Assembly (NCBI GenBank): GCA_023269715.1 | Contig: JAGDVO010000001.1 | Span: forward strand, 33,532-97,531 | Direction of reading: 5' to 3' | Length of the DNA: 64,000 nt | Origin: Thermosulfidibacter sp. | Lineage (GTDB): Bacteria > Thermosulfidibacterota > Thermosulfidibacteria > Thermosulfidibacterales > Thermosulfidibacteraceae | In this document: positions 41,479-55,539 of the stretch, piece after piece | Position numbering within the stretch: position 1 is the first letter of the stretch | How the letters are laid out: each line of letters starts with the position of its first letter | Translations under genes and position numbers: made by a program | Notes under the pieces: model-generated | The model's database searches: none | What the model was told of the DNA's origin: nothing | What the model saw: only the letters and a program-made list of their open reading frames with translations

Positions 41479-41892
41479 ATGAGGATAGTGGCCGTAGATT
41501 TTGGGATCAAGAAATGTGGTATAGCTATATGTGACCCAACGGGCTCAATAGCTCAACCTTACAAGGTAGTTGAAAGGCATAAAATCTTAGACGAAATAGA
41601 AAGAATAAGGGAATCAAAGGGTATAAAGGAAATTGTTATAGGATTACCTGAATTCAGAAAGAGAGAAACTCTATCAATCATAGAAGAAATAAAAAAAGTA
41701 GCGAAAGAAATTTCTGAATTGTTCAGCGTTCCCGTTTATTTTGTAGACGAGAGTTTCACAACGGAAGAAGCTGAGGAAATTCTAAAACTTCAAATTAAAG
41801 ATTGGCGTAAAAGAAAAAAATATAAGGATGCGATTAGCGCCTCTTTAATACTGGAAAGATACTTAGCAAAAGGAGGAACGCCATTATTTTAA
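41479..41892 (+). CDS. ruvX: Holliday junction resolvase-like pre-16S rRNA nuclease RuvX (YqgF)
   Basis: [24 protein letters not shown] and [11 protein letters not shown] form the YqgF family pattern. 137 aa. Confidence 0.88.
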   Translation: MRIVAVDFGIKKCGIAICDPTGSIAQPYKVVERHKILDEIERIRESKGIKEIVIGLPEFRKRETLSIIEEIKKVAKEISELFSVPVYFVDESFTTEEAEEILKLQIKDWRKRKKYKDAISASLILERYLAKGGTPLF

Positions 41893-42659
41893 CCTGTGAT
41901 ATAGGAAATACAAATATAGTGTTTGGGCTGTTTAAGGGAAACGAACTGACTTATGCATGGAGGATAAGTTCTGAAAGGAGAAGAACTCCCTGCGAAATAT
42001 CCGTTTTGGTTAAAAACCTTTTTGAAATGGAAGGACTAAACGCAGAAGAAATAGAAGGAATAGCAATATCGAGTGTAGTACCGCCACTTACCAACATTCT
42101 AAAAGAAGCCCTTCTAAAGATCACGAAAGAAGCTGATATAGTAATAGTTGGCCCAGGGGTAAAAACGGGGATAAGTGTTCTAGTAGAGAATCCAAAGGAA
42201 GTGGGGACCGACAGAATCGTAAATGCTGTAGCAGGATATCACCTATATGGAGGTCCTCTAATAATAGTAGATTTTGGAACAGCAACGACTTTCGACGTTG
42301 TATCAGAAAAGGGCGAATATCTAGGAGGAGCTATCTCACCGGGCATAGGAATTTCGATGGAGGCTCTTTTCAGAGAGACTGCACAGCTACCCCGGATAGA
42401 TTTACAGAAACCCCAAAGGGTAATAGGCAAAAATACCGTAGAAAGTATGCAATCAGGGGTATTCTATGGTTACGTAGGCCTCGTGGATGGAATGATAGAA
42501 AGGATCATGGGAGAAATCGGGAGAGCAAAGATAATAGCAACAGGTGGTTACGCCACACTTTTGGCAACAAGTAGCAAATACATAGAAAAAGTAGAGCCTA
42601 ACCTAACACTTTTAGGTTTGAAAATAATATATGACAAAAACAAAAGAAAAGGGGCTTAA
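41883..42659 (+). CDS. coaX: type III pantothenate kinase; probable non-canonical ATT start
   Basis: Body matches PanK-III ([28 protein letters not shown]). The essential N-terminal motif DIGNTN is encoded upstream of the track start GTG 41919. The only start-like codons in that open frame are ATT 41883/41886, 6-9 nt after AGGAGG (41871-41876). Confidence 0.85.
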   Translation: MILTCDIGNTNIVFGLFKGNELTYAWRISSERRRTPCEISVLVKNLFEMEGLNAEEIEGIAISSVVPPLTNILKEALLKITKEADIVIVGPGVKTGISVLVENPKEVGTDRIVNAVAGYHLYGGPLIIVDFGTATTFDVVSEKGEYLGGAISPGIGISMEALFRETAQLPRIDLQKPQRVIGKNTVESMQSGVFYGYVGLVDGMIERIMGEIGRAKIIATGGYATLLATSSKYIEKVEPNLTLLGLKIIYDKNKRKGA

Positions 42660-42955
42660 CTTTCCTCTTCCTCAAGCTTAACCTCTTCCATTTTTTTGCT
42701 TCTAAGAAGTATTTCTTTTGCGAGTCTTTTATTGTAGCAAGCCTTTCTCAAAACTCTCCTTATTTCCTCAGAATTAAGCCCAAGAGCATCACAGCATAGT
42801 TCAAATTTTAGAACACTAGGCCAATTTGGGTCAAATATCCATTTGTAGGCTGTAATCCAGTCAACACCTCTTCTCTTCTCTTCAACTATAGGTTTTAAAA
42901 GATCTACTATAGCCCTCTCTAAAACAGCCTCGGCAAGCTTCTTATACCTCTTCAT
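42656..42955 (-). CDS. hypothetical 99-aa protein (orphan, opposite orientation to both neighbours)
   Basis: ORF with SD AAGGGGG before ATG 42955. Basic/helical with an acidic tail [11 protein letters not shown] recognise no family. Confidence 0.4.
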   Translation of the reverse strand: MKRYKKLAEAVLERAIVDLLKPIVEEKRRGVDWITAYKWIFDPNWPSVLKFELCCDALGLNSEEIRRVLRKACYNKRLAKEILLRSKKMEEVKLEEEES

Positions 42956-42964
42956 CCTACCCCC

Positions 42965-45728
<2,764 letters not shown>

Positions 45729-45742
<14 letters not shown>

Positions 45743-46244
45743 CCTCCTTATCTTCTAAAATCCTACTCCAAAAGATCTCCACAAACTTCTCCCCTTCTTT
45801 ATACCTGATATCAAGCTCACCTTTGTGAGCTCTATACACAGCCTCACCCAGCAGTCTGGCAAGAGAGGGACTAGTCGTTTCAATCACTATAGCACCATCT
45901 TCCTTCTTTATAGAAATTATTCTGTTCAAAGGTCTATAAGTCATCTCTTCCTCTGCCTTATTATTTATAAGATTGATTATTTCCTCCTCTTTCTCAAGGA
46001 GATAATCACCTGTCAGCTTTAGTACACCACCGGGATACTTATTCTTAATCCTTCTACATGCGGGGCAGAGGGTGTAATTCGCTTCTACTCCCTTAGGTGG
46101 TTTTTCCCATGACCATCTTCCATCCTTATAAGTTGCATTACACATCTCGCAAACTGTAGGCTCTGGATATTTTCTACCCTCGTAATAAGGATCATCGGGT
46201 GTAAAGTTTTTAAACTCCTTCCTAACAAAGTGTTCTTTAGCCAT
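45729..46244 (-). CDS. zinc-ribbon protein, NMD3-like / BCAM0308-type (function unknown)
   Basis: CEMC...CPAC Cys4 ribbon followed by a beta-rich domain. SD AGGAGG before ATG 46244. Overlaps hflX by 14 nt. Family resemblance is from memory only. Confidence 0.5.
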
Positions 46245-46254
46245 TAGCTCCTCC

Positions 46255-46283
46255 TTTAACTTTTATCTCTGTACTAGTATAAT
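46255..46283 (+). promoter_or_regulatory. candidate promoter for the ORF70-ArsA operon
   Basis: Overlapping TATAAT boxes at 46278-46283 and 46283-46288, with a weak -35 TTTAAC at 46255-46260. AT-rich divergent region. Confidence 0.3.
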
Positions 46284-46340
46284 ATAATATCGAAATTACA
46301 AATAGAAAAGGTTGCCAAAATAAACCAGGAGGTATGAGAT

Positions 46341-46553
46341 ATGAGTGGTAAGTGGATAGAATACATGTGCAAAGCCTGGGAATCTTTTATAGATGACATC
46401 TTTTCATTTGTGCCGGAAGAGAGCAAAAAACATATAAAGAATGCAAGAAAGGAAGTGTTACTTGCGCTCAGAGCTTTTATAGACAAAAGGATAGAGGAGA
46501 TAGAAAGTAAAAAAAACCAGGAAATCAAAAAAATAGAGGTAGAAGAGGAGTAA
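46341..46553 (+). CDS. hypothetical 70-aa helical, charged protein upstream of the ArsA-like ATPase
   Basis: AGGAGG (46327-46332) lies 8 nt before ATG 46341. Its stop is 3 nt before the ArsA TTG start. No TM segment. Confidence 0.45.
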   Translation: MSGKWIEYMCKAWESFIDDIFSFVPEESKKHIKNARKEVLLALRAFIDKRIEEIESKKNQEIKKIEVEEE

Positions 46554-46556
46554 GAA

Positions 46557-47699
46557 TTGAGGATACTGCTTTTCACGGGTAAGGGAGGAGTAGGAAAAAC
46601 AACGATCTCTGTAGCGACGGGAGCATATCTAGCCTCACTTGGTAAGAAAGTGATAGTTATATCGGTAGATCCAGCACACTCCCTATCTGATGCGCTCGAT
46701 ACTGAAGTACCCCCAGAGCCAATAGAAATAGCAAAAAATTTTTATGCTCAAGAAGTAGACGTTTACTACTCTGTAGAGAGATTCTGGGGGAAGTTAAGGG
46801 AGTATTTAAAGAGTCTACTACGGTGGCAAAAAATAGATGAAATTAAGGCTGAAGAGTTGTCAATCCTTCCAGGAATGGAAGAGATTTCATGTTTTTTGTG
46901 GATAAACAAACACTTTGAAGAAGGATGCTATGACACAATAATAGTCGATTCAGCACCAACTGGTGAAACACTAAGGCTACTCAGCTTGCCAGATGGTATA
47001 AGCTGGTGGGTATCGAAATTCCTTCCCATACACAAGAAGATTTTAAAAATAGTAAGGCCAGCAGCTAGAATGGTAACCGATATGCCACTACCTGAAGATG
47101 AAACCTATGATACCCTTGAAGAACTTTTCCACCAGGTTTACAATCTTTATTATACCCTTCAAAATCCTGATGTATCCTCTGTAAGGATAGTAACTAATCC
47201 AGAAAAGATGGTTATAAAGGAAACTGAAAAGGCCTACACTTACCTACATCTATTTGGCTTTCCAGTAGATGCCATAGTGGTCAACAAAGTAGTTTCAGAA
47301 GAAGATCCCCTATTTGAAATTCAAAGAAAGTATATAGAGTATATAAAGCGGTGTTTCGAACCTACCCCAATAATAATGGTATCAAATCGATACGAAGAGG
47401 TTATAGGATTTGACAAACTGAGAAAACTCGGCAAAATGATATACGGAGAAAGGATGCCTGATGAAGTTTTATATAAAGACAAACCTTTTGAAATAACAGA
47501 AACAAACAGCTCCTTTATACTTAAGATTCTACTTAAGAATCCCCAGAAGGGTAAATTGGAAGTTTACCATAAAAATGAAGACCTTATAATAGTCATAGGA
47601 AATTACAAAAAGCACTTCTACCTTCCAAAGGCCCTTATGAACAGAGAAGTAAAAAGGGCATCCCTAAAGGATTCGACACTAGAAATACTATTTCAGTAG
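46557..47699 (+). CDS. ArsA/Get3-family ATPase with C-terminal HSP20-like domain
   Basis: Deviant Walker A GKGGVGKTT, VDPAHSLSD, DSAPTGETLRLL, and a C-terminal alpha-crystallin-like segment FEITETNSSFILKILL...LEVYHKNEDLIIVIGNYKKHFYLPKAL. TTG start lies 6 nt after GAGGAG. Confidence 0.85.
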   Translation: MRILLFTGKGGVGKTTISVATGAYLASLGKKVIVISVDPAHSLSDALDTEVPPEPIEIAKNFYAQEVDVYYSVERFWGKLREYLKSLLRWQKIDEIKAEELSILPGMEEISCFLWINKHFEEGCYDTIIVDSAPTGETLRLLSLPDGISWWVSKFLPIHKKILKIVRPAARMVTDMPLPEDETYDTLEELFHQVYNLYYTLQNPDVSSVRIVTNPEKMVIKETEKAYTYLHLFGFPVDAIVVNKVVSEEDPLFEIQRKYIEYIKRCFEPTPIIMVSNRYEEVIGFDKLRKLGKMIYGERMPDEVLYKDKPFEITETNSSFILKILLKNPQKGKLEVYHKNEDLIIVIGNYKKHFYLPKALMNREVKRASLKDSTLEILFQ

Positions 47700-47702
47700 A
47701 AG

Positions 47703-48806
47703 ATGAAAGTCAGAAGGATTGTATACTATATATCCGATAATGGATGGGGACACCTAACCAGAAGTCTAAGAGTAATCGAAGAGCTATTAGATAGAGGTTT
47801 CAAAATCACGGTAGTAAACAGATTTAAGGATGCTTTCCACTATCTAAAAGAAAGATTTAGAGATCTCCTTACGATAGAAAGTACAGAATTTCAAGGAGAC
47901 CCTATATTCCCGAGAGAGTATCCCTTCAAGGAAGAAGATGTAGAAAAAGAAGTAATCAAAGTGATAAATCTTAAAGACAAATGGATAGAATCGGAAACGT
48001 CAAGACTCAAAAAATTAAAACCATGTTTAATAATATCGGATATAACTCCCTGGGCCTTTAACGTAGCAGAGAAATTAGGTATCCCATCGATAGCCATAAC
48101 GAACATAAACTGGTGGGATGAATACTCCTTTATACTTCAAGAGAGGGATTTAAGAGAACTTCAAGAATTTTTTATAGCCTACAGTAAAGCAACACTAGCT
48201 CTAATACTACCCTTTGAAAGTGAAAATAGGCCATTTAGAAACATAGTGAGAATACCTATCATAGCTAGGAAAATAGACTGGGATAGAGTTAAGGATCTGA
48301 GGAAAACACTTCTCACAACTTACAGGCCTTCTCTTATAGGAGCGGTAACCCTTGGCGGACACTACCTTAAAAGCAATAGACTAGTTGAAATGATAAAATC
48401 TATAATGTCAGAGATATCAAAGAAATGTAGAAACATATTGTGGATCGGAGAGAGTAGATTTAGAATAGAAAGTACGAATTTCCTAGAAGTGAACGACTTT
48501 ACAAACTTCCATGAAGTTGTAGCAAGTAGTGATTTCATAATAGGAAAGGTAGGCTACGGTCTATTAAGCGAGATGGTAATGGCGGATATTAGTGGCCTAC
48601 TATTCTACAGAAAGAGGGTACTTGAAGATGTTATCAATGCAGAAACTATGGAAGAAGCAAAATGGGCTATAACCATCGCTTTTGAGGATAGAATCGAAAA
48701 AGTGGACCTTGCAAAACTGTTCAACTTAGAAAAACTTCCGAAAAGCAAAAGGTTACTAGCAGATGGAACAAGAGAAGTAATAGATTGGGTAGAAAGATAT
48801 GTCTGA
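47703..48806 (+). CDS. putative glycosyltransferase (GT-B, MurG/GT28-like, MJ1255-type)
   Basis: YYISDNGWGHLTRSLRVIEELLDRGFKI N-terminus and C-terminal FIIGKVGYGLLSE resemble the GT1/GT28-like family. Assignment is from memory. Confidence 0.55.
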   Translation: MKVRRIVYYISDNGWGHLTRSLRVIEELLDRGFKITVVNRFKDAFHYLKERFRDLLTIESTEFQGDPIFPREYPFKEEDVEKEVIKVINLKDKWIESETSRLKKLKPCLIISDITPWAFNVAEKLGIPSIAITNINWWDEYSFILQERDLRELQEFFIAYSKATLALILPFESENRPFRNIVRIPIIARKIDWDRVKDLRKTLLTTYRPSLIGAVTLGGHYLKSNRLVEMIKSIMSEISKKCRNILWIGESRFRIESTNFLEVNDFTNFHEVVASSDFIIGKVGYGLLSEMVMADISGLLFYRKRVLEDVINAETMEEAKWAITIAFEDRIEKVDLAKLFNLEKLPKSKRLLADGTREVIDWVERYV

Positions 48807-49686
48807 AACCTGGTTCTTATTCGCCTTTCTTGCCGCCTTCTCTTGGGCAACATCAGACCTTATAAATAAGATTGGGATGTCAAAAGGGGAAAACGAGTAT
48901 AATGCATTAATGTCAAGATTCCTGTGGGCTATACCTTTAATAGCATTATTTTACCTATCAAAATCCGATTTAAAGATACCCAATTTAAACGCCTTCCTCT
49001 ATATAACAATCGTAATACTGGGTGATATAGCTGCTTCACTTCTTTATATGAAAGCACTCAAGATGGGAGAAATCTCTGTAGTTGCACCTCTCACAAGCTT
49101 TGCACCAGTATTCATGGTCCTTTCATCCATAATAGTTTTACATGAGCCACCTTCTCTGATACCACTAGCTGGAATAATTTTAGTTTGTCTTGGTAGCTAC
49201 ATTCTCGGCATAGAGGATCTCAGACAGGGTTTTACAAAACCAATAAAGAATATTTTAAAATCGAAAGCAGGCATTTTCACAATAGCTGCAGCATTCATAT
49301 TTAGCATAGATACATCCATAGCAAAAATAAGCCTGAGATACACTGACGTTTATTCCTTCTCTCTATGGTATACTGTAACTTTTACTTTGACATTTATAGT
49401 TCTCTCAAAAGCTCTTAAAAAACCCCTAGACCCAAAGGGTATAATCTTCAAGAAAAAAACGTTACTAATAGGGATACTATTCGGTATAGGCACAGTATCT
49501 TTCATGAAGGCGATCGAGAGCACCAATATATCCTACGTTTCCTCAGTGGGTAAACTTAACCTTATAATATCGGTTATATACGGCAAGATCTTTTTCAACG
49601 AAAAACACTTTAAAAACAGATTGCTCGGAACCATCATTATAATAATAGGAGTAGCTCTTGTTACATACGGTTCAAATAAAACTTGA
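48799..49686 (+). CDS. EamA/DMT-family transporter
   Basis: About 10 TM segments arranged as two EamA-like halves. Overlaps the glycosyltransferase gene by 8 nt. Confidence 0.8.
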   Translation: MSETWFLFAFLAAFSWATSDLINKIGMSKGENEYNALMSRFLWAIPLIALFYLSKSDLKIPNLNAFLYITIVILGDIAASLLYMKALKMGEISVVAPLTSFAPVFMVLSSIIVLHEPPSLIPLAGIILVCLGSYILGIEDLRQGFTKPIKNILKSKAGIFTIAAAFIFSIDTSIAKISLRYTDVYSFSLWYTVTFTLTFIVLSKALKKPLDPKGIIFKKKTLLIGILFGIGTVSFMKAIESTNISYVSSVGKLNLIISVIYGKIFFNEKHFKNRLLGTIIIIIGVALVTYGSNKT

Positions 49687-49785
49687 CCTTTTTGTTAAAG
49701 CTGTTTAAACTTTATTTGGGTATAATTTTAAATTTGGTAGGAATAACGAAATAGTGAAAAAGGACACTTAAAGGGAGGTTTCAAG

Positions 49786-52590
<2,805 letters not shown>

Positions 52591-52629
52591 TAACACCCCT
52601 CCCACAAAAGAAACTCAGATTCTAATCTA

Positions 52630-52658
52630 TTGTCAAAATAGCAAAAAAACAATAATAT
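52630..52658 (+). promoter_or_regulatory. candidate sigma-70 promoter for the YcgR-like operon (near-leaderless)
   Basis: TTGTCA-N17-TAATAT, then 9 nt (aggtacagc) before ATG 52668. Confidence 0.4.
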
Positions 52659-52667
52659 AGGTACAGC

Positions 52668-53459
52668 ATGGATACAATAAGGAAAGAGAACATAGATATA
52701 GAAAAGGTGCTAAATATAGGGCAGAGTATTATAGTTAAAAAAACAAGAGACAATACCCATGGTCATTCCAACCTCCAAGATATGGATAGCGAAAATATCT
52801 ATATAATGCAACCTACAGATGAAAAGGGGCTTCCTGTAGTGTTACTACCAAACGATGAAGTTATGGTTAGTCTAATAGGTAAACAGGGTAAAAGATATGG
52901 GTTCTATAGCAAAGTAACAAAACACATAAGAAAACCTTTCTTCCTAATAGGACTCAAAAAACCGAAAGAAGTTTATGTAGTTGAACTGAGAGAATATTTT
53001 AGAGTCCCAGTTTTTATACCTTTTAAGGCTAAACTGGCAGAAGCGATAAAGGATGAAACTGGTAAAACAAAATATGTACCTAAAGATGTTGAATTTAGTG
53101 GCTATGTTCATGATATATCGGGTGGCGGGATGTTTATAACTACCAATGTGGATTTAAAAATTGGTAATCATATACTCATAACCACACTGTTAGAAAAGGA
53201 AAAGATGGAAAGACCCATAAAGATAATAACAAAGAAGAAGGAAGTGGTACCTACAACAATCGGATTTCCTGAGGAAGATAAAATCGCCCTTATAGATCTA
53301 CCAGCAAAAATAGTAAGAAAGGTGGTTTTAGATCCAAAGGAAAAGAAGTATGGATACGGTATAATGTTTGACATAGACGAGAAAAGGAGAGAAAAAATCA
53401 TTTTGTTCTGTTTTAATAAACAGAGAGAACTCAAAGCGATTGAAGAAGGCGAAAGATGA
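52668..53459 (+). CDS. YcgR-like flagellar brake protein (PilZN + PilZ domains)
   Basis: N-terminal YcgR-type barrel (IYIMQPTDEKGLPVVLLPNDEVMVSLIGKQGKRYGFYSKV), then LREYFRV (RxxxR, residues 108-112) and DISGGG (DxSxxG, residues 149-154). Confidence 0.75.
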   Translation: MDTIRKENIDIEKVLNIGQSIIVKKTRDNTHGHSNLQDMDSENIYIMQPTDEKGLPVVLLPNDEVMVSLIGKQGKRYGFYSKVTKHIRKPFFLIGLKKPKEVYVVELREYFRVPVFIPFKAKLAEAIKDETGKTKYVPKDVEFSGYVHDISGGGMFITTNVDLKIGNHILITTLLEKEKMERPIKIITKKKEVVPTTIGFPEEDKIALIDLPAKIVRKVVLDPKEKKYGYGIMFDIDEKRREKIILFCFNKQRELKAIEEGER

Positions 53460-55099
53460 GAAGGATTATTGCATTAATAATTTTAATTACTTTTACATGC
53501 TCTTTGTTCAGCCAAGCATTTGCTCAACCTGAAAGTCTCTTTCTTAATCTCTTGCTACTTAATCTCAAGCTTCTAAATAATGAAAAACCCACACAAGAAG
53601 AAGTCGAAAAACTAATAGAAGCCCTAAAAAAGAAAGGTAACGCCGAAGCCTATATTACGAGTATAGAACTTCTAAACAACCTAAACCTTATGGAAAAGGC
53701 ACTTGAAGTGGCGAAAGACGGGATAAGCAAATTCCAAAATAACGATATCATATATATATATTACGGTGAGCTCTTGACAAAACTTAACAACACTGAAGAA
53801 GGTACCTACTGGATAAAAAAAGCTCTCAGCATAAATCCAAGTAACAAGTACGCATACACAGACTTAATACAGATATATCTCAGAAACGGCAAAATAGATG
53901 AAGCCTTCAAACTTCTTAACGAAGCTGAACAAAAGTTTCCTAACGATCCCTTTATACTCTTCCTAAAGGGTAAAGCCTATTATCTAGTTGAATTATACAG
54001 AAACGCTGAAATTTACCTTGAAAAATCGACGGAAATCGATCCCAATAATATTGAAGCGCTAAGGTTACTTGCAGAAGTTTACGTGCTAAATAACAAACTG
54101 GATAAGGCGTCAAAGCTTTATGAAGAGCTCATAAAATCAGGCATACTTTCAAAGGAACTTGTAGTGAAACTAATAAAAGTCTATATAGCGACAGAGCAGT
54201 ATCAAAAGGCATTACAGCTAGCGGAAAAGGTATATTCTGCACATCCCGACGAAGAATTAAAGGAACTTTTGGCTCTCATATACATCAAGGTTGAACGTAT
54301 TGAAAAGGCAAAGGAGATGCTGAAAGACGAAAGCGGTGTTACTCCACTGTTTATTGCACTTATGTGTAAAGAGAATAAATTTGAGAAGATGAAACAATCT
54401 CTTAAAACTTACCTTAAAGATATGGATAGCTTTAGAGAAATACTGTTTCTATTTCACGATATAAAAAACAAAAAGTGTATAGAAATATCTGTAATAGAAG
54501 GCTTAAAAAAGTTCTATAACTCCCCAAAACTATACTACTATGTTAGTCAACTATACCTCACAAATGACAACTATGAGAAAAGCGAAATCTACGCAAAAAA
54601 TGCTATAGCACTTGACGAGAAAAACGGTGACTATTGGTTTCTTCTTGGTTCCATAAACGAGAGGAAAGGCAAATTCAAAAAGTCAAGTAGATATTTAGAA
54701 AAAGCCCTAGAGCTAAAAGGAAATGATCCAGTAATTTTAAACTACTACGGATACATGCTCATAGCTACAGAAATAGACGTGGGAAAGGGTATTGAACTCG
54801 TTAAAAAAGCACTTGATATAGAACCAGAAAACACCTCCTATCTTGACAGTCTTGCCTGGGGCTACTTTAAAATTGGAGAATTGAGAAAAGCGCTGGAAAT
54901 ACAGGAAAAGGTTTATAAGAAAGAAAATGAAAACGCCGTAATAGTCTTTCATCTAGCTGAAATTTACTACAAACTCGGTGATAGAGAAAAGGCTATGGAA
55001 TTATACAAAAGAACAAAGGAACTGATCCCTAAAACAAAGGATATGAGTCCATGGGAAAAAAGAGAAATAGAGTCAAGGCTCTCTTCTTTGGGATTCTAA
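53456..55099 (+). CDS. periplasmic tetratricopeptide-repeat protein
   Basis: Signal peptide ending AFAQP, with many 34-aa TPR-like units (A...Y..AL..(D/N)P.N......L). ATGA overlap with the PilZ gene. Confidence 0.8.
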   Translation: MRRIIALIILITFTCSLFSQAFAQPESLFLNLLLLNLKLLNNEKPTQEEVEKLIEALKKKGNAEAYITSIELLNNLNLMEKALEVAKDGISKFQNNDIIYIYYGELLTKLNNTEEGTYWIKKALSINPSNKYAYTDLIQIYLRNGKIDEAFKLLNEAEQKFPNDPFILFLKGKAYYLVELYRNAEIYLEKSTEIDPNNIEALRLLAEVYVLNNKLDKASKLYEELIKSGILSKELVVKLIKVYIATEQYQKALQLAEKVYSAHPDEELKELLALIYIKVERIEKAKEMLKDESGVTPLFIALMCKENKFEKMKQSLKTYLKDMDSFREILFLFHDIKNKKCIEISVIEGLKKFYNSPKLYYYVSQLYLTNDNYEKSEIYAKNAIALDEKNGDYWFLLGSINERKGKFKKSSRYLEKALELKGNDPVILNYYGYMLIATEIDVGKGIELVKKALDIEPENTSYLDSLAWGYFKIGELRKALEIQEKVYKKENENAVIVFHLAEIYYKLGDREKAMELYKRTKELIPKTKDMSPWEKREIESRLSSLGF

Positions 55100-55539
55100 C
55101 CACATTACTGTTACTAGCAGGTTGTGCTTTAGAAAGACCAACAAAAATATTTAGCTACGAGGGGGCCTATATCTACAAAAGTTACAAAAAAAACAAGGAA
55201 ATTGATGGCAAATGGAGAGCAATTTTTATAGGTGACAAGCTTGATAAATGCTACATTTATACATCTTTCGGATTCCCACTAGTAGCTATAGAAGTAACAG
55301 AGGACAATAGAATACTACTGAACCAGGAACCAATAGAATTAAAAGAAGGAGATAGCAGCTTTTTCAACGTAATTACCTTTGCTATAACCAACCTGAGAAA
55401 AATAATGGACGCCAGGGAAGGGACAAAACTTAAAATAGAAGATATAGAGCTAAAAAAAATAGACAATCATAGAATAAAAGTAGAGCACCCACAGAAGTGG
55501 GTGCTCTACGTCAATATAGAGAACGTTCAAGAAAACTAA
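55051..55539 (+). CDS. small lipoprotein (possible LolB/DUF4292-like)
   Basis: Lipobox LLLAGC after a basic N-terminus, then a beta-rich 140 aa. Overlaps the TPR gene by 49 nt. The LolB-like idea rests on size and TPR adjacency only. Confidence 0.5.
   Translation: MGKKRNRVKALFFGILTTLLLLAGCALERPTKIFSYEGAYIYKSYKKNKEIDGKWRAIFIGDKLDKCYIYTSFGFPLVAIEVTEDNRILLNQEPIELKEGDSSFFNVITFAITNLRKIMDAREGTKLKIEDIELKKIDNHRIKVEHPQKWVLYVNIENVQEN

Noticed and set aside
41479-42659. A RuvX-CoaX fusion by programmed frameshift, as an explanation for the missing coaX start codon.
   Set aside because: ruvX ends with a clean TAA at 41890-41892 and has normal length. A perfect AGGAGG sits at ideal distance before the ATT codons, and no slippery heptamer is visible. 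An independent ATT start is the simpler explanation.
49687-49785. The 99-nt gap before the GATase-like/glnB pair, as a possible glutamine or other nitrogen riboswitch.
   Set aside because: I could not recognise any conserved riboswitch core or stable pseudoknot-forming stems. The region is explained by a TATAAT box (49721-49726) plus an SD-containing leader. The GTTTAAAC palindrome (49703-49710) is too short to interpret.
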